Of a stretch of DNA of 24,000 bases, positions 8,990 through 17,124 are shown piece after piece. The notes below the pieces were generated by a model that had not been told where the DNA came from, ran no database searches, and saw nothing but the letters and a program-made list of their open reading frames with translations. The stretch's first letter is position 1. Every line of letters starts with the position of its first letter. This DNA comes from Bacillus fonticola (GTDB taxonomy: Bacteria; Bacillota; Bacilli; Bacillales; JC228): positions 1,972,711 through 1,996,710 of the forward strand of contig NZ_CP052135.1 in NCBI RefSeq assembly GCF_012955605.1, read 5' to 3'. The position numbers and the translations under genes are program-made.

Positions 8990-8996
8990 CAGCATT

Positions 8997-9848
8997 TTAT
9001 CCATCCCGTTTCGGAAAATGTCCATGTGCTTCTTGAACGGTGTCGACTATTTTTTGTTGTTCCGCTTCGTCTAAAACTAGCTCTACATCATCTGAAAAGT
9101 CATTGTCAGGTGTTTCACAATACAGCAGGAATTCAATATTCCCATCTCCGCCAGTGATAGGGGAATACGTGAGACCCTGTATAGAAAATCCTAACTGTTT
9201 GGCAAAAGACAACAGCTCGACCAGCACTTGCTTGTGAACAGAAGCATCCCTCACAATTCCTTTCTTCCCAACGGATTGTTTTCCTGCCTCAAACTGCGGT
9301 TTTACAAGTAAAACACACGGTGACATCGGCTCAGCAATGGCACGAAGCGGCGGGAGGATGTGTCGCAAGGAAATAAACGACACGTCTGCAGTTGCCAAGT
9401 TCGGTCTAGGCCCGTTAAAATCCTCACGAGTAGCATGGCGAAAATTCGTTTTCTCCATAACTGTTACACGCGCATCACTTCGCAGCTTCCAATCCAACTG
9501 GTTCGTTCCAACATCTACAGCATAAGAATGGCTGGCACCGTTTTGGAGGGCACAATCAGTAAATCCACCAGTAGAAGAACCAACATCTAATAAAACTCTA
9601 TCTGTAAGATCCAAAGAAAAATAAGTAATCGCTTTTTCTAGCTTATATCCGCCTCGACTTACGAAAGGGTTCGGATTCCCTTTGACACGTAAAAGGGAAG
9701 AAGACGGAATCTTCTCCCCAGGTTTATCAACACGTGTCTCTTTGTGAAACACAAGCCCGGCCATAATGGCGCGCTTTGCTTTTTCACGAGTCGGAAAATG
9801 CCCTTGTTCGACGAGTAGAGTGTCGACACGTATTTTTGATTCCTTCAT
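8997..9848 (-). CDS. tlyA: TlyA-family rRNA 2'-O-methyltransferase (S4 domain + FtsJ-like methyltransferase; YqxC-like)
   Basis: The N-terminal S4-like RNA-binding region is RVDTLLVEQGHFPTREKAKRAIMAGLV. The SAM-binding motif is VLLDVGSSTGGFTDCALQNGA...AVDVG. The start ATG overlaps the dxs stop by 1 nt (TAATG). Confidence 0.9.
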   Translation of the reverse strand: MKESKIRVDTLLVEQGHFPTREKAKRAIMAGLVFHKETRVDKPGEKIPSSSLLRVKGNPNPFVSRGGYKLEKAITYFSLDLTDRVLLDVGSSTGGFTDCALQNGASHSYAVDVGTNQLDWKLRSDARVTVMEKTNFRHATREDFNGPRPNLATADVSFISLRHILPPLRAIAEPMSPCVLLVKPQFEAGKQSVGKKGIVRDASVHKQVLVELLSFAKQLGFSIQGLTYSPITGGDGNIEFLLYCETPDNDFSDDVELVLDEAEQQKIVDTVQEAHGHFPKRDG

Positions 9849-11743
9849 TAGAGGAACGCTCTTTTCTGTTTCGATTGAACGAGTTGTTGTGCTGTTTCTA
9901 CAGCGTCGTCCACTGTAAGACCGATATCCTCTAAAAGCTTCCCGACACTTCCATGCTCGATAAACTGATCGGGGATTCCCATTCGCCGGATTGGTACATT
10001 TACGCCACGGTCTGAAGCGTACTCAACAATAGCACTCCCGAAACCACCTTGTAAAACGGCCTCCTCCATCGTAATGATTGGCACATTTTCTTTGAACAAC
10101 TGCGCCAACATCGCTTCGTCTAGCGGTTTAATAAAACGGGAATTGATGACACGAGCAGAAATACCTTGCGATTGCAAATTGTCTGCTGCTGCTTCAGCCA
10201 TTTGTACCATAGGCCCCACAGCGAGAAATGCGACATCGCTTCCCTCTCGCACCACTTCCCATGTACCGATCTGGATTTGCTGCAACTCCTCATCTAAAGG
10301 AACCCCGATGCCATTTCCACGCGGAAAACGCATCGCAATTGGACCTGCATTGTATTGTAAGGCTGTATAAACTAAATGTTGTCCTTCATTCTCATCCTTT
10401 GGCATCATTAATACCATGTTCGGAAGGTGTCGTAAAAAGGCAATATCGAACACCCCTTGATGCGTTTCTCCATCAGCCCCAACGAGTCCAGAACGATCAA
10501 TGCCGATAAAAACATTTAAATTTTGCCTACAAATATCATGAACAACTTGATCATACGCACGCTGTAGGAAGGTTGAGTAAATCGCTAAAAACGGCTTCAT
10601 ACCTTGAGTGGCAAGACCTGCAGCAGTCGTTGCCGCATGCTGCTCTGCAATACCTACGTCATACATGCGATCAGGGAATTCCTTTGCAAACCCTTCCAGC
10701 TTAGATCCTACAGGCATTGCCGGTGTAATCGCCACGACACGACGATCTTCTCGTGCTACTTTGAGAACAGTTTCACTTACAAGTGCACTCCAGCCTGGTG
10801 CTCCGGGCTTTGGCTTCACGAAGTCACCGGAGTCGATTTTATATGGCCCGGTACCGTGCCACGTACCAATCGTGTCATTTTCTGCAGGCTTATAACCTTT
10901 GCCTTTTTTCGTAATCGTATGTAACAAGACAGGTCCCTTTGTTTTCTTTGCATAAGCTAAGTTTTCAAATAAGTCTTCATACGAATGTCCATCCACAGGG
11001 CCAAGATACGTAAACCCAAGCTCCTCAAAAAACATGCCTGAGATGAACAAATATTTCAAGCTATCTTTCACACGTTCAGCAGTTTTGGCCATTTTCCCCC
11101 CAACAGCCGGGACCTTTTTCAATAAATAATCTAATTCGTCTTTTACCCAGTGGTATTTCCCTGCTGTACGCAACTTGCCAAGGACATTATGAAGAGCACC
11201 TACGTTAGGCGCAATGGACATTTCATTATCATTTAAAATAACGATCATATCTTTTTGTTCATGCCCAATATGGTTCAGTGCTTCTAGAGCCATTCCACCA
11301 GTTAATGCACCATCACCGATGACAGGCAGAATATAGGAGGATTCTTTTTTGACATCGCGAGCAATTGCCATACCCATAGCTGCAGAGAGACTTGTTGAAC
11401 TATGACCTGTTTCCCATACATCGTGTTCGCTTTCATTTCGTTTCGGAAATCCGCACAGACCTTGGTATTCTCGGAGGCTGCCAAAATCCTGTGCACGTCC
11501 AGTCAAAATCTTGTGTACATACGATTGGTGTCCAACATCCCATAAGATTTTATCTTTCGGACTGTCGAACATTTTATGAAGCGCGACTGTAAGTTCCACA
11601 ACGCCTAGATTGGGACCGATGTGACCACCTGTAACAGAGCACTTTTCAATAAGAAATCGGCGAATTTCCTCACTAAGTGCCTCAAGTTCGCTCATGTTCA
11701 TGTTCTTTAAAAAAGAAGGATTCTGAATCGATGTAAGATCCAT
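9848..11743 (-). CDS. dxs: 1-deoxy-D-xylulose-5-phosphate synthase
   Basis: [59 protein letters not shown]...[15 protein letters not shown] is the typical Dxs N-terminus. The TPP-binging motif [15 protein letters not shown] is present. The ORF track extends 33 codons further to 11842, but that extension overlaps the upstream gene and has no homology. I place the start at ATG 11743. Confidence 0.95.
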   Translation of the reverse strand: MDLTSIQNPSFLKNMNMSELEALSEEIRRFLIEKCSVTGGHIGPNLGVVELTVALHKMFDSPKDKILWDVGHQSYVHKILTGRAQDFGSLREYQGLCGFPKRNESEHDVWETGHSSTSLSAAMGMAIARDVKKESSYILPVIGDGALTGGMALEALNHIGHEQKDMIVILNDNEMSIAPNVGALHNVLGKLRTAGKYHWVKDELDYLLKKVPAVGGKMAKTAERVKDSLKYLFISGMFFEELGFTYLGPVDGHSYEDLFENLAYAKKTKGPVLLHTITKKGKGYKPAENDTIGTWHGTGPYKIDSGDFVKPKPGAPGWSALVSETVLKVAREDRRVVAITPAMPVGSKLEGFAKEFPDRMYDVGIAEQHAATTAAGLATQGMKPFLAIYSTFLQRAYDQVVHDICRQNLNVFIGIDRSGLVGADGETHQGVFDIAFLRHLPNMVLMMPKDENEGQHLVYTALQYNAGPIAMRFPRGNGIGVPLDEELQQIQIGTWEVVREGSDVAFLAVGPMVQMAEAAADNLQSQGISARVINSRFIKPLDEAMLAQLFKENVPIITMEEAVLQGGFGSAIVEYASDRGVNVPIRRMGIPDQFIEHGSVGKLLEDIGLTVDDAVETAQQLVQSKQKRAFL

Positions 11744-11754
11744 CCTAATACAAC

Positions 11755-12360
11755 TCACTTTCTTTTCTTTTTCCTGTTCTTTATTTTCGGATCTACAAGC
11801 ACTGTTATATAAAATCGTTCCTCTAGCAACTGAAGAACGCACCCTACTCTTAGAATAATGTTTTTAGAAAATTTAATAGCAATCGTTTTCCCTAATGCTT
11901 TCCCTCCCACAGTAAGTGCTGCGATGAAGCTTGTTAACAGCACATTCAGCCCGTCTTCAAGAGAGGCATTGTTCCCTTCTTGTATTGAATGGGTTAACGT
12001 AACTATGACAGTTGCTGAAGCTGCCCCTGAAATAATACCCGAAATATCCCCAATCACATCGTTACAAAAACTAGAAAATCGATCAGCATTTTTTACAATT
12101 CTGAGACTATGCTTTGCACCGTACACTTTCCTTGACGCCATCGCGTGAAAGGGAGATTCGTCGGCAGCCGCTGCTGCCATCCCCATCATATCAAATACTA
12201 CACCGATTAAGACGATAATGAATACGACCCCTAAACCCAACGTCCAAGTTAAACTGCCTAGCAACGTGTTGGAAATCATTGAAAAAAGAGCCGCTAACAC
12301 GAACGTGATAACGGCGATACTCATACTCCATTTCAGCGAGGTAAGAATGACTTTTTTCAT
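11755..12360 (-). CDS. oapA: four-TM membrane protein, candidate OLE-associated protein A (OapA)
   Basis: 201 aa (about 21-22 kDa). Four predicted TM helices: [70 protein letters not shown] and [20 protein letters not shown]. The C-terminal tail is strongly basic ([10 protein letters not shown]). It lies immediately downstream of the large noncoding region and upstream of dxs, the described position of oapA in B. halodurans. Assignment rests on context and topology, not on an alignment. Confidence 0.72.
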   Translation of the reverse strand: MKKVILTSLKWSMSIAVITFVLAALFSMISNTLLGSLTWTLGLGVVFIIVLIGVVFDMMGMAAAAADESPFHAMASRKVYGAKHSLRIVKNADRFSSFCNDVIGDISGIISGAASATVIVTLTHSIQEGNNASLEDGLNVLLTSFIAALTVGGKALGKTIAIKFSKNIILRVGCVLQLLEERFYITVLVDPKIKNRKKKRK

Positions 12361-13039
12361 TTATGGGTCATACTCCAGTACTATGTGAAATTATAGGAAA
12401 TAGAAGACAAACGTCTTCCTCCAGTTATTCTCTTCTCTTAGATTTTGAATGGTCACATGAAGAGGTAATCTTACGGCTTAGGTCCAGTAGGATTTCCCAC
12501 CCTTCCACCTGATGTCACCATACAGGCGGTTCCCCTTTCAGGAAGAGTTAGCGTCGTTGCCGATCACTAGACTGGATTGCCACTTAGTCCGTACCACAAC
12601 TCCCTACATGCTTCAAATTGAACAGTCTAGGAGTTTTCCTCGGGCAGTTCTTACCGTAAATTAGCCTATTTTGCAAAATAGGGAGCGCATGGTCAAGTAT
12701 ATCATCACAAAGGTGGCCACCTTTTGATGTTGATCCATGCTCCTCACAACGGTTTTGCGCAAGGCAGGCTGCGCTCTGAACTTTCAATCCCCATTTGTAA
12801 AGTACAGCGCATCTATGACCCGTAATCTTCGGGGTCTTTAGTACCCTTGAGTGGATTTTTAGCCCCACCTTCCAATACGGAGAACCGACTAGAATACTGC
12901 ACCATCCAATTTGCATAAAAGTATACCACACCCGAAAAACTGTGTCACTTTTCACGGCAAAGTTGTGGTAAAAAAACCACCATTATCCTTTTTTTCACAA
13001 AGCAACAATCCTCAGGAAAATACATGACAGCACGCAGGT
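12361..13039 (-). ncRNA. ole: OLE (ornate, large, extremophilic) RNA candidate; exact 5'/3' ends undetermined within this gap (described RNA is roughly 600 nt)
   Basis: This is a 679-nt gap with no credible ORF inside a tightly packed co-directional operon. The order ispA / gap / 4-TM protein / dxs matches the described ole-oapA locus. Minus-strand stem-loops are dense: 12403-12418 (GAAGAC/GUCUUC), 12665-12682 (18-nt perfect palindrome CCUAUUUUGCAAAAUAGG), 12703-12729 (13-bp stem around AAAGGUGGCCACCUUU), 12757-12774 (GCGCA/UGCGC), 12817-12836 (GACCC/GGGUC) and 12965-12980 (GUGGU-U-rich loop-ACCAC). A possible long-range pairing joins 12841-12854 to 12580-12594. No terminator or promoter separates it from ispA. 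Confidence 0.8.
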
Positions 13040-13927
13040 TCAATTCTGCCTGTTTTGAATAAGTTGAGCTAAGTACATCAGTTCGTTACTTTTTACCTTC
13101 GCTTCCTCCAAAGCTCTTAGTGCCGCGACTACCTCTTCATGCAGGTGGGCCTTCGCTCCCTCAAGACCAAGGAGCCCTGGATAGGTACTTTTCTCGTTCA
13201 CCATGTCACTGCCTATATTTTTACCAAGCGTTCTGGCATTCCCTTCCACATCTAAAATGTCGTCTTGAATTTGAAAGGCCAGGCCGAGGTGATGACTGAA
13301 GAGTACGAGCGCTTCCTTTTGCGTAATTTCAGCCTCAGCTAGAATGCAGCCTGCCTCCACAGCATATGTAAGAAGCCTTCCTGTTTTTTTACGATGAATG
13401 GCTTGAAGTTCATCCACTAAGACAGTCCGTTTTTCAGCTTCCATATCTTCTATTTGTCCTGCCACCATCCCTTGTGCTCCAGCGGCATCTGAAAAAGCAG
13501 AAATAAGTTGCACTTTTTGAGCATCAGTTACCTCAGCTTGCGCCACTAAAGAAAAACCCTGTGTGAGAAGGGCATCACCTGCAAGAATCGCAGTCGCTTC
13601 TCCGAATACCTTATGGTTTGTGGGCTTCCCTCGACGTAAATCATCGTCATCCATACTCGGAAGGTCATCGTGTATTAACGAATACGTATGAATCATCTCT
13701 AACGCAGCGGCTACAGGGATGGATTGTTCGATCTGTTTACCCAGTGCTTTCACAGTGGCTAATAAAAGTAAAGGGCGAATGCGCTTCCCCCCCGCTTGCA
13801 AACTATAGAGCATTGCCTTTTGGAGGGAGGAAGGAGTTGTTAAACTTTGAACGTGTTCTAACATAAAACGTTCTGTTTGTTCCTTCCATTCTTGTAGCGT
13901 TTGTTCAGTTTTTTTAACTGATGTCAC
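13040..13927 (-). CDS. ispA: farnesyl diphosphate synthase (polyprenyl synthetase)
   Basis: The first aspartate-rich motif is LIHDDLPSMDDDDLRRGKPTNH and the second is FQIQDDILD. GTG start overlaps the xseB stop (GTGA). Confidence 0.93.
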   Translation of the reverse strand: MTSVKKTEQTLQEWKEQTERFMLEHVQSLTTPSSLQKAMLYSLQAGGKRIRPLLLLATVKALGKQIEQSIPVAAALEMIHTYSLIHDDLPSMDDDDLRRGKPTNHKVFGEATAILAGDALLTQGFSLVAQAEVTDAQKVQLISAFSDAAGAQGMVAGQIEDMEAEKRTVLVDELQAIHRKKTGRLLTYAVEAGCILAEAEITQKEALVLFSHHLGLAFQIQDDILDVEGNARTLGKNIGSDMVNEKSTYPGLLGLEGAKAHLHEEVVAALRALEEAKVKSNELMYLAQLIQNRQN

Positions 13928-14163
13928 GAGTTTTCCCCCTCATCAAGGTCAAACTTCACAGTCTCTCCGTCTTTTCCAACCACTTCAACAAGTTGTTTTT
14001 CCGCTTTTTGAAGTTGGTCATGGCAAAATTGAGAGTATTCCATTCCTTTTTTATAGTAAGACAACGCTTTTTCAAGTGGGACATCACCAGCTTCTAGATG
14101 CTCAACGATTTTCTCTAATTTTTGTAACGCTTCTTCAAAGGTTAAGGTACTTTCCTCACTCAT
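13924..14163 (-). CDS. xseB: exodeoxyribonuclease VII small subunit
   Basis: 79 aa. LTFEEALQKLEKIVEHLEAGDVPLEKALSYYKKGMEYSQFCHDQLQKAEKQL is the typical XseB helical hairpin. It overlaps the xseA end by 8 nt. Confidence 0.9.
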   Translation of the reverse strand: MSEESTLTFEEALQKLEKIVEHLEAGDVPLEKALSYYKKGMEYSQFCHDQLQKAEKQLVEVVGKDGETVKFDLDEGENS

Positions 14164-15514
14164 CGTCTTTCTTCCCCTCTCTATCCACGAACTGAACTTC
14201 TGTTATTATCGTTCCATCTGTAACGGAAAGATTAATTGTATCCCCTTGCTGTACTTGGGTCGTCTTAGAAAGAACTTTCCCGTCTTCTGTATAAGTGACT
14301 GTATAACCACGCTTTAACACAGCCAATGGGTTCAACGTCTCTAATTTAGAAAGAACTTGTCCAAACTGTTCACTACTACTATCTACTTGACGTCGACTTA
14401 CGCGATGTATTGCCTTTTCCACTTGTTCCAAAGTTTGTCGCTTTCGTTCCACGAGCTTATCTAATCTTACGCGCCGTAAACGTGCCTGAATGTCGTGTTG
14501 CCGTAGTGCCTTCCACTGAATAGTGCTCTTCATATCCTTTACTAACTTTTCCTTCAAGCGATCTAACACAAGCATCTTCTCTTCTATAAGGCGCCCTGGA
14601 TTTCGATACGCATAAGAGGAGATAGCACGTTTAAGCCGAGCTTCATCCAGTGAGACTTTTTGCTGTATGGACTTGGTCAACCTTACGTTCCACTGACGTA
14701 AAGCCGCCAGCACCTCCGTGTGATGAGGAACAGCAATCTCTGCGGCGGCTGTTGGAGTCGGTGCACGTTTGTCTGCAACGAAGTCAGCAATTGTTACATC
14801 GGTTTCGTGACCGACTGCCGAAATAATAGGAACATGACTTTGAAAAATGGCAGTAGCGACTTCTTTTTCATTAAACGCCCATAACTCTTCTATAGAACCA
14901 CCACCACGTCCAACGATGCATACGTCCACTTTTTGATCATTGGCTCGCTGTATCCCCTCAACAATAGACACCTTCGCACGATCTCCTTGGACAAGTACCG
15001 GAAATAAAAGCACACGGGCTTGTGGGAAGCGACGATCTAGTGTCGTAATGATATCTCTTATGGCTGCTCCAGTAGGTGACGTAACAACCCCCACTGTCAT
15101 CGGAAATCGTGGCAATGGCTTTTTACGAGCTTCGGAAAACCATCCTTGTTGCTGCAACGTTTCCTTTAACTGCTCATAGGCAACGTATAAGGCTCCAATT
15201 CCGTCTGGTTCCATCCCACTCGCGTACAGTTGATACGTTCCTGACTTTTCAAAAAGAGATACACGGGCTTCCACAATCACCTGCATACCTTCTTCGGGAG
15301 TGAATTTTAGACTTTGCACGTTCTTTTGGAACATGACTGCTTGAATACGTGCTCCGCTATCCTTGAGTGTGAAGTACATATGCCCACTAGAATGAAGCTT
15401 TACATTAGAGCATTCTCCTTTTACGAAGATGCGCTGAAGGTGTGGGTCACGTTCGAATTTTTGCTTTATGTACATTGTAAGCGCTTTAACTGTCAATACA
15501 CGCTGATTGGACAA
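14156..15514 (-). CDS. xseA: exodeoxyribonuclease VII large subunit
   Basis: 452 aa. LTVKALTMYIKQKFERDPHLQRIFVKGECSNVKLHSSGHMYFTLKD (OB fold), GVVTSPTGAAIRDIITTLDRRFP, and IVGRGGGSIEELWAFNEKEVATAIFQSHVPIISAVGHETDVTIADFVAD. This is collinear with B. subtilis XseA as I recall it. TTG start follows RBS AAGGA. Confidence 0.93.
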   Translation of the reverse strand: MSNQRVLTVKALTMYIKQKFERDPHLQRIFVKGECSNVKLHSSGHMYFTLKDSGARIQAVMFQKNVQSLKFTPEEGMQVIVEARVSLFEKSGTYQLYASGMEPDGIGALYVAYEQLKETLQQQGWFSEARKKPLPRFPMTVGVVTSPTGAAIRDIITTLDRRFPQARVLLFPVLVQGDRAKVSIVEGIQRANDQKVDVCIVGRGGGSIEELWAFNEKEVATAIFQSHVPIISAVGHETDVTIADFVADKRAPTPTAAAEIAVPHHTEVLAALRQWNVRLTKSIQQKVSLDEARLKRAISSYAYRNPGRLIEEKMLVLDRLKEKLVKDMKSTIQWKALRQHDIQARLRRVRLDKLVERKRQTLEQVEKAIHRVSRRQVDSSSEQFGQVLSKLETLNPLAVLKRGYTVTYTEDGKVLSKTTQVQQGDTINLSVTDGTIITEVQFVDREGKKDDE

Positions 15515-15562
15515 GTTATCACGTCCTTTTTCGCTCTTTATCTATTTAGTATAGTCGCTTCT

Positions 15563-15591
15563 ACTATAAGAAGCGAGGAGGACTTTGTCGA
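15563..15591 (-). promoter_or_regulatory. putative sigma-A promoter for xseA-xseB-ispA-(ole-oapA-dxs-tlyA)
   Basis: On the minus strand, -35 TCGACA (15591-15586), a 17-nt spacer, then -10 TATAGT (15568-15563). It lies downstream of the folD terminator and about 50 nt upstream of the xseA start. An inverted repeat GCTTCT-TATAGT-AGAAGC (15558-15575) embraces the -10. Confidence 0.45.
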
Positions 15592-15595
15592 TAGC

Positions 15596-15630
15596 CATAA
15601 GAAAGAAGCCCTCTTACAGCCAGGGCTTCT
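15596..15630 (-). terminator. intrinsic terminator of folD
   Basis: A 9-bp stem pairs AGAAGCCCT with AGGGCTTCT (15604-15612 with 15622-15630) around a 9-nt loop. On the minus strand it is followed by UUCUUAU, a modest U-tract. Confidence 0.6.
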
Positions 15631-15641
15631 CCCATCATTCA

Positions 15642-16508
15642 TTATTTTTTTCGTCTACGCTTAGCAGAGGTGACCGTGTTATGGAGGAGCATCGTAATCG
15701 TCATGGGACCAACTCCGCCAGGAACGGGGGTCAAATAAGACGCTACATCTTTGACGTCATCAAAGTCTACGTCCCCACTTAACTTTCCGTCTTCCGCGCG
15801 GCTTGTCCCTACATCGATAACGACTGCACCCTCTTTAAAGTAGTCAGAAGTCAGGAATTTGGGTCGACCAATAGCACTAATGACAACGTCGGCTTGCTTT
15901 GTGAATGCTCGAAGATTGACTGTTTTTGAATGGCACATCGTCACCGTTGCATTTGCAGCCAATAGGAGCTGTCCCATCGGTTTTCCAACTATTCCGCTCC
16001 GACCAATAACAACCGCGTGCTTCCCTGTCACATCAAAATCAATCGCTTCCAAAAGCTTCATAACTCCAAACGGCGTGCATGGAAGAAAAGCATCTTGGCC
16101 TGACATCATGCGACCTACGTTTACTGGGTGGAAACCATCTACGTCCTTTTCTGGAGAAATGGCGTCTAAACAGTATTGTTCATCAATGCGGTCAGGAAGA
16201 GGTAACTGTACGAGAATTCCATCAACCAAATCATCTGCGTTTAAGGCTGCAATCATGTCTAGTAATTCTTGCTGAGTAGTTTCTTTTGACTTTCGAATAA
16301 CGGTTGAGTGAATCCCCATTTTTTTGCATGCCTTTTCTTTCATAGATACATACGTAGTACTAGCCGGATCGTCACCAAGTAAGATAACTGCTAAACTAGG
16401 TGTAATCCCTTCATTTTTTAATTGTTCTACTTGTCGTTGTAACTCAGCACGAATGTTCCCGGCAATTGCTTTCCCATCTATCGTTTGCGCTTCTTGCATA
16501 GACATCAT
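15642..16508 (-). CDS. folD: bifunctional methylenetetrahydrofolate dehydrogenase / methenyltetrahydrofolate cyclohydrolase
   Basis: IDGKAIAGNIRAELQRQVEQLKNEGITPSLAVILLGDDPASTTYVSMKEKACKKMGI..., VDGFHPVNVGRM, and GKHAVVIGRSGIVGKPMGQLLL...TMCHSKT...PVPGGVGPMTITMLL are all FolD hallmarks. Three ATGs fall within the first four codons, so the exact start is uncertain by up to 9 nt. Confidence 0.95.
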   Translation of the reverse strand: MMSMQEAQTIDGKAIAGNIRAELQRQVEQLKNEGITPSLAVILLGDDPASTTYVSMKEKACKKMGIHSTVIRKSKETTQQELLDMIAALNADDLVDGILVQLPLPDRIDEQYCLDAISPEKDVDGFHPVNVGRMMSGQDAFLPCTPFGVMKLLEAIDFDVTGKHAVVIGRSGIVGKPMGQLLLAANATVTMCHSKTVNLRAFTKQADVVISAIGRPKFLTSDYFKEGAVVIDVGTSRAEDGKLSGDVDFDDVKDVASYLTPVPGGVGPMTITMLLHNTVTSAKRRRKK

Positions 16509-16520
16509 TCACTCTCCGTT

Positions 16521-16919
16521 CTATTCGTTATCTAAGGAACGTTTGAGTTTCGATAAGACTCCATTCACAAATTTTCCCGATTGTTCATCACCAAACGTTT
16601 TTGCCACTTCAATCGCCTCATTCATCGCAACATTCGCCGGTACTTCCGTGCTATACTTCAGCTCATAAGCACCTATTCTCAACGCATTTCGCTCCACTAC
16701 TCCTACACGTGTGAGTTTCCATTTTTCTAAATGAGCCTCGAGCCACTCGTCAATTTGTGCTCTGTTCTCGATGACTCCACACACTAAGTCGTGTAAATAT
16801 CCATCGGGAGATTCCCCTTCTTCGACTACAGAGTGAAGAGCTTCCTCTACGTTATGTTCAGTTATATCGATTTGATAAAGCGCTTGTAACGCTTTTTTTC
16901 TAGCTTCATGGCGTTTCAT
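16521..16919 (-). CDS. nusB: transcription antitermination factor NusB
   Basis: 132 aa. RHEARKKALQALYQIDI...ERNALRIGAYELKYSTEVPANVAMNEAIEVAKTFGDEQSGKFVNGVL is typical NusB. Confidence 0.93.
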   Translation of the reverse strand: MKRHEARKKALQALYQIDITEHNVEEALHSVVEEGESPDGYLHDLVCGVIENRAQIDEWLEAHLEKWKLTRVGVVERNALRIGAYELKYSTEVPANVAMNEAIEVAKTFGDEQSGKFVNGVLSKLKRSLDNE

Positions 16920-17081
16920 ACGTGCTCTCCTTTTTCAAATGCATCAAAGTGACTATATCACACGGAATAAGGTCTTTTCTAGTGTCTGAAAAGTGGGATA
17001 TGTCTAAAAAAGGGGTTGCCGATTTCTAAAGCACCGTTACCTGCCTGCACTTATAGCAACTTTCTGCACTATCACGGGTGC

Positions 17082-17117
17082 AATAAAAATGGACGAAACG
17101 CTTTATACGTTTCGCCC
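17082..17117 (-). terminator. intrinsic terminator after the Asp23-family gene
   Basis: On the minus-strand RNA, GGGCGAAAC pairs with GUUUCGUCC (9 bp including one G-U; 17117-17109 with 17099-17091) around a 9-nt loop, followed by AUUUUUAUU. Confidence 0.7.
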
Positions 17118-17124
17118 AAATTCC

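Noticed and set aside
8843-9025. 60-aa minus-strand ORF spanning the tlyA 3' end and terminator
   Set aside because: It overlaps tlyA out of frame, runs through the terminator hairpin and has no RBS.
11744-11842. 33-codon N-terminal extension of the dxs ORF in the track
   Set aside because: The extension overlaps the 3' end of the upstream membrane-protein gene and has no similarity to Dxs. The canonical Dxs N-terminus ([13 protein letters not shown]) begins at ATG 11743.
8269-12724. Similarity between two 16-nt palindromes, AAAGGAGGCCTCCTTT (8269-8284) and AAAGGTGGCCACCTTT (12709-12724), as a possible dispersed REP-like repeat
   Set aside because: There are only two copies, and they differ at a symmetric pair of positions. 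Each has a sufficient local explanation: SD/anti-SD hairpin for one, RNA stem for the other. There is no evidence of a repeat family in this window.
12584-12955. 123-aa minus-strand ORF inside the ispA-oapA gap
   Set aside because: It has no RBS and an atypical composition rich in W, C, H and G. It resembles no protein family I recognise and lies across the strongest hairpins of the region. It is better explained as a chance ORF within a structured ncRNA (OLE candidate).
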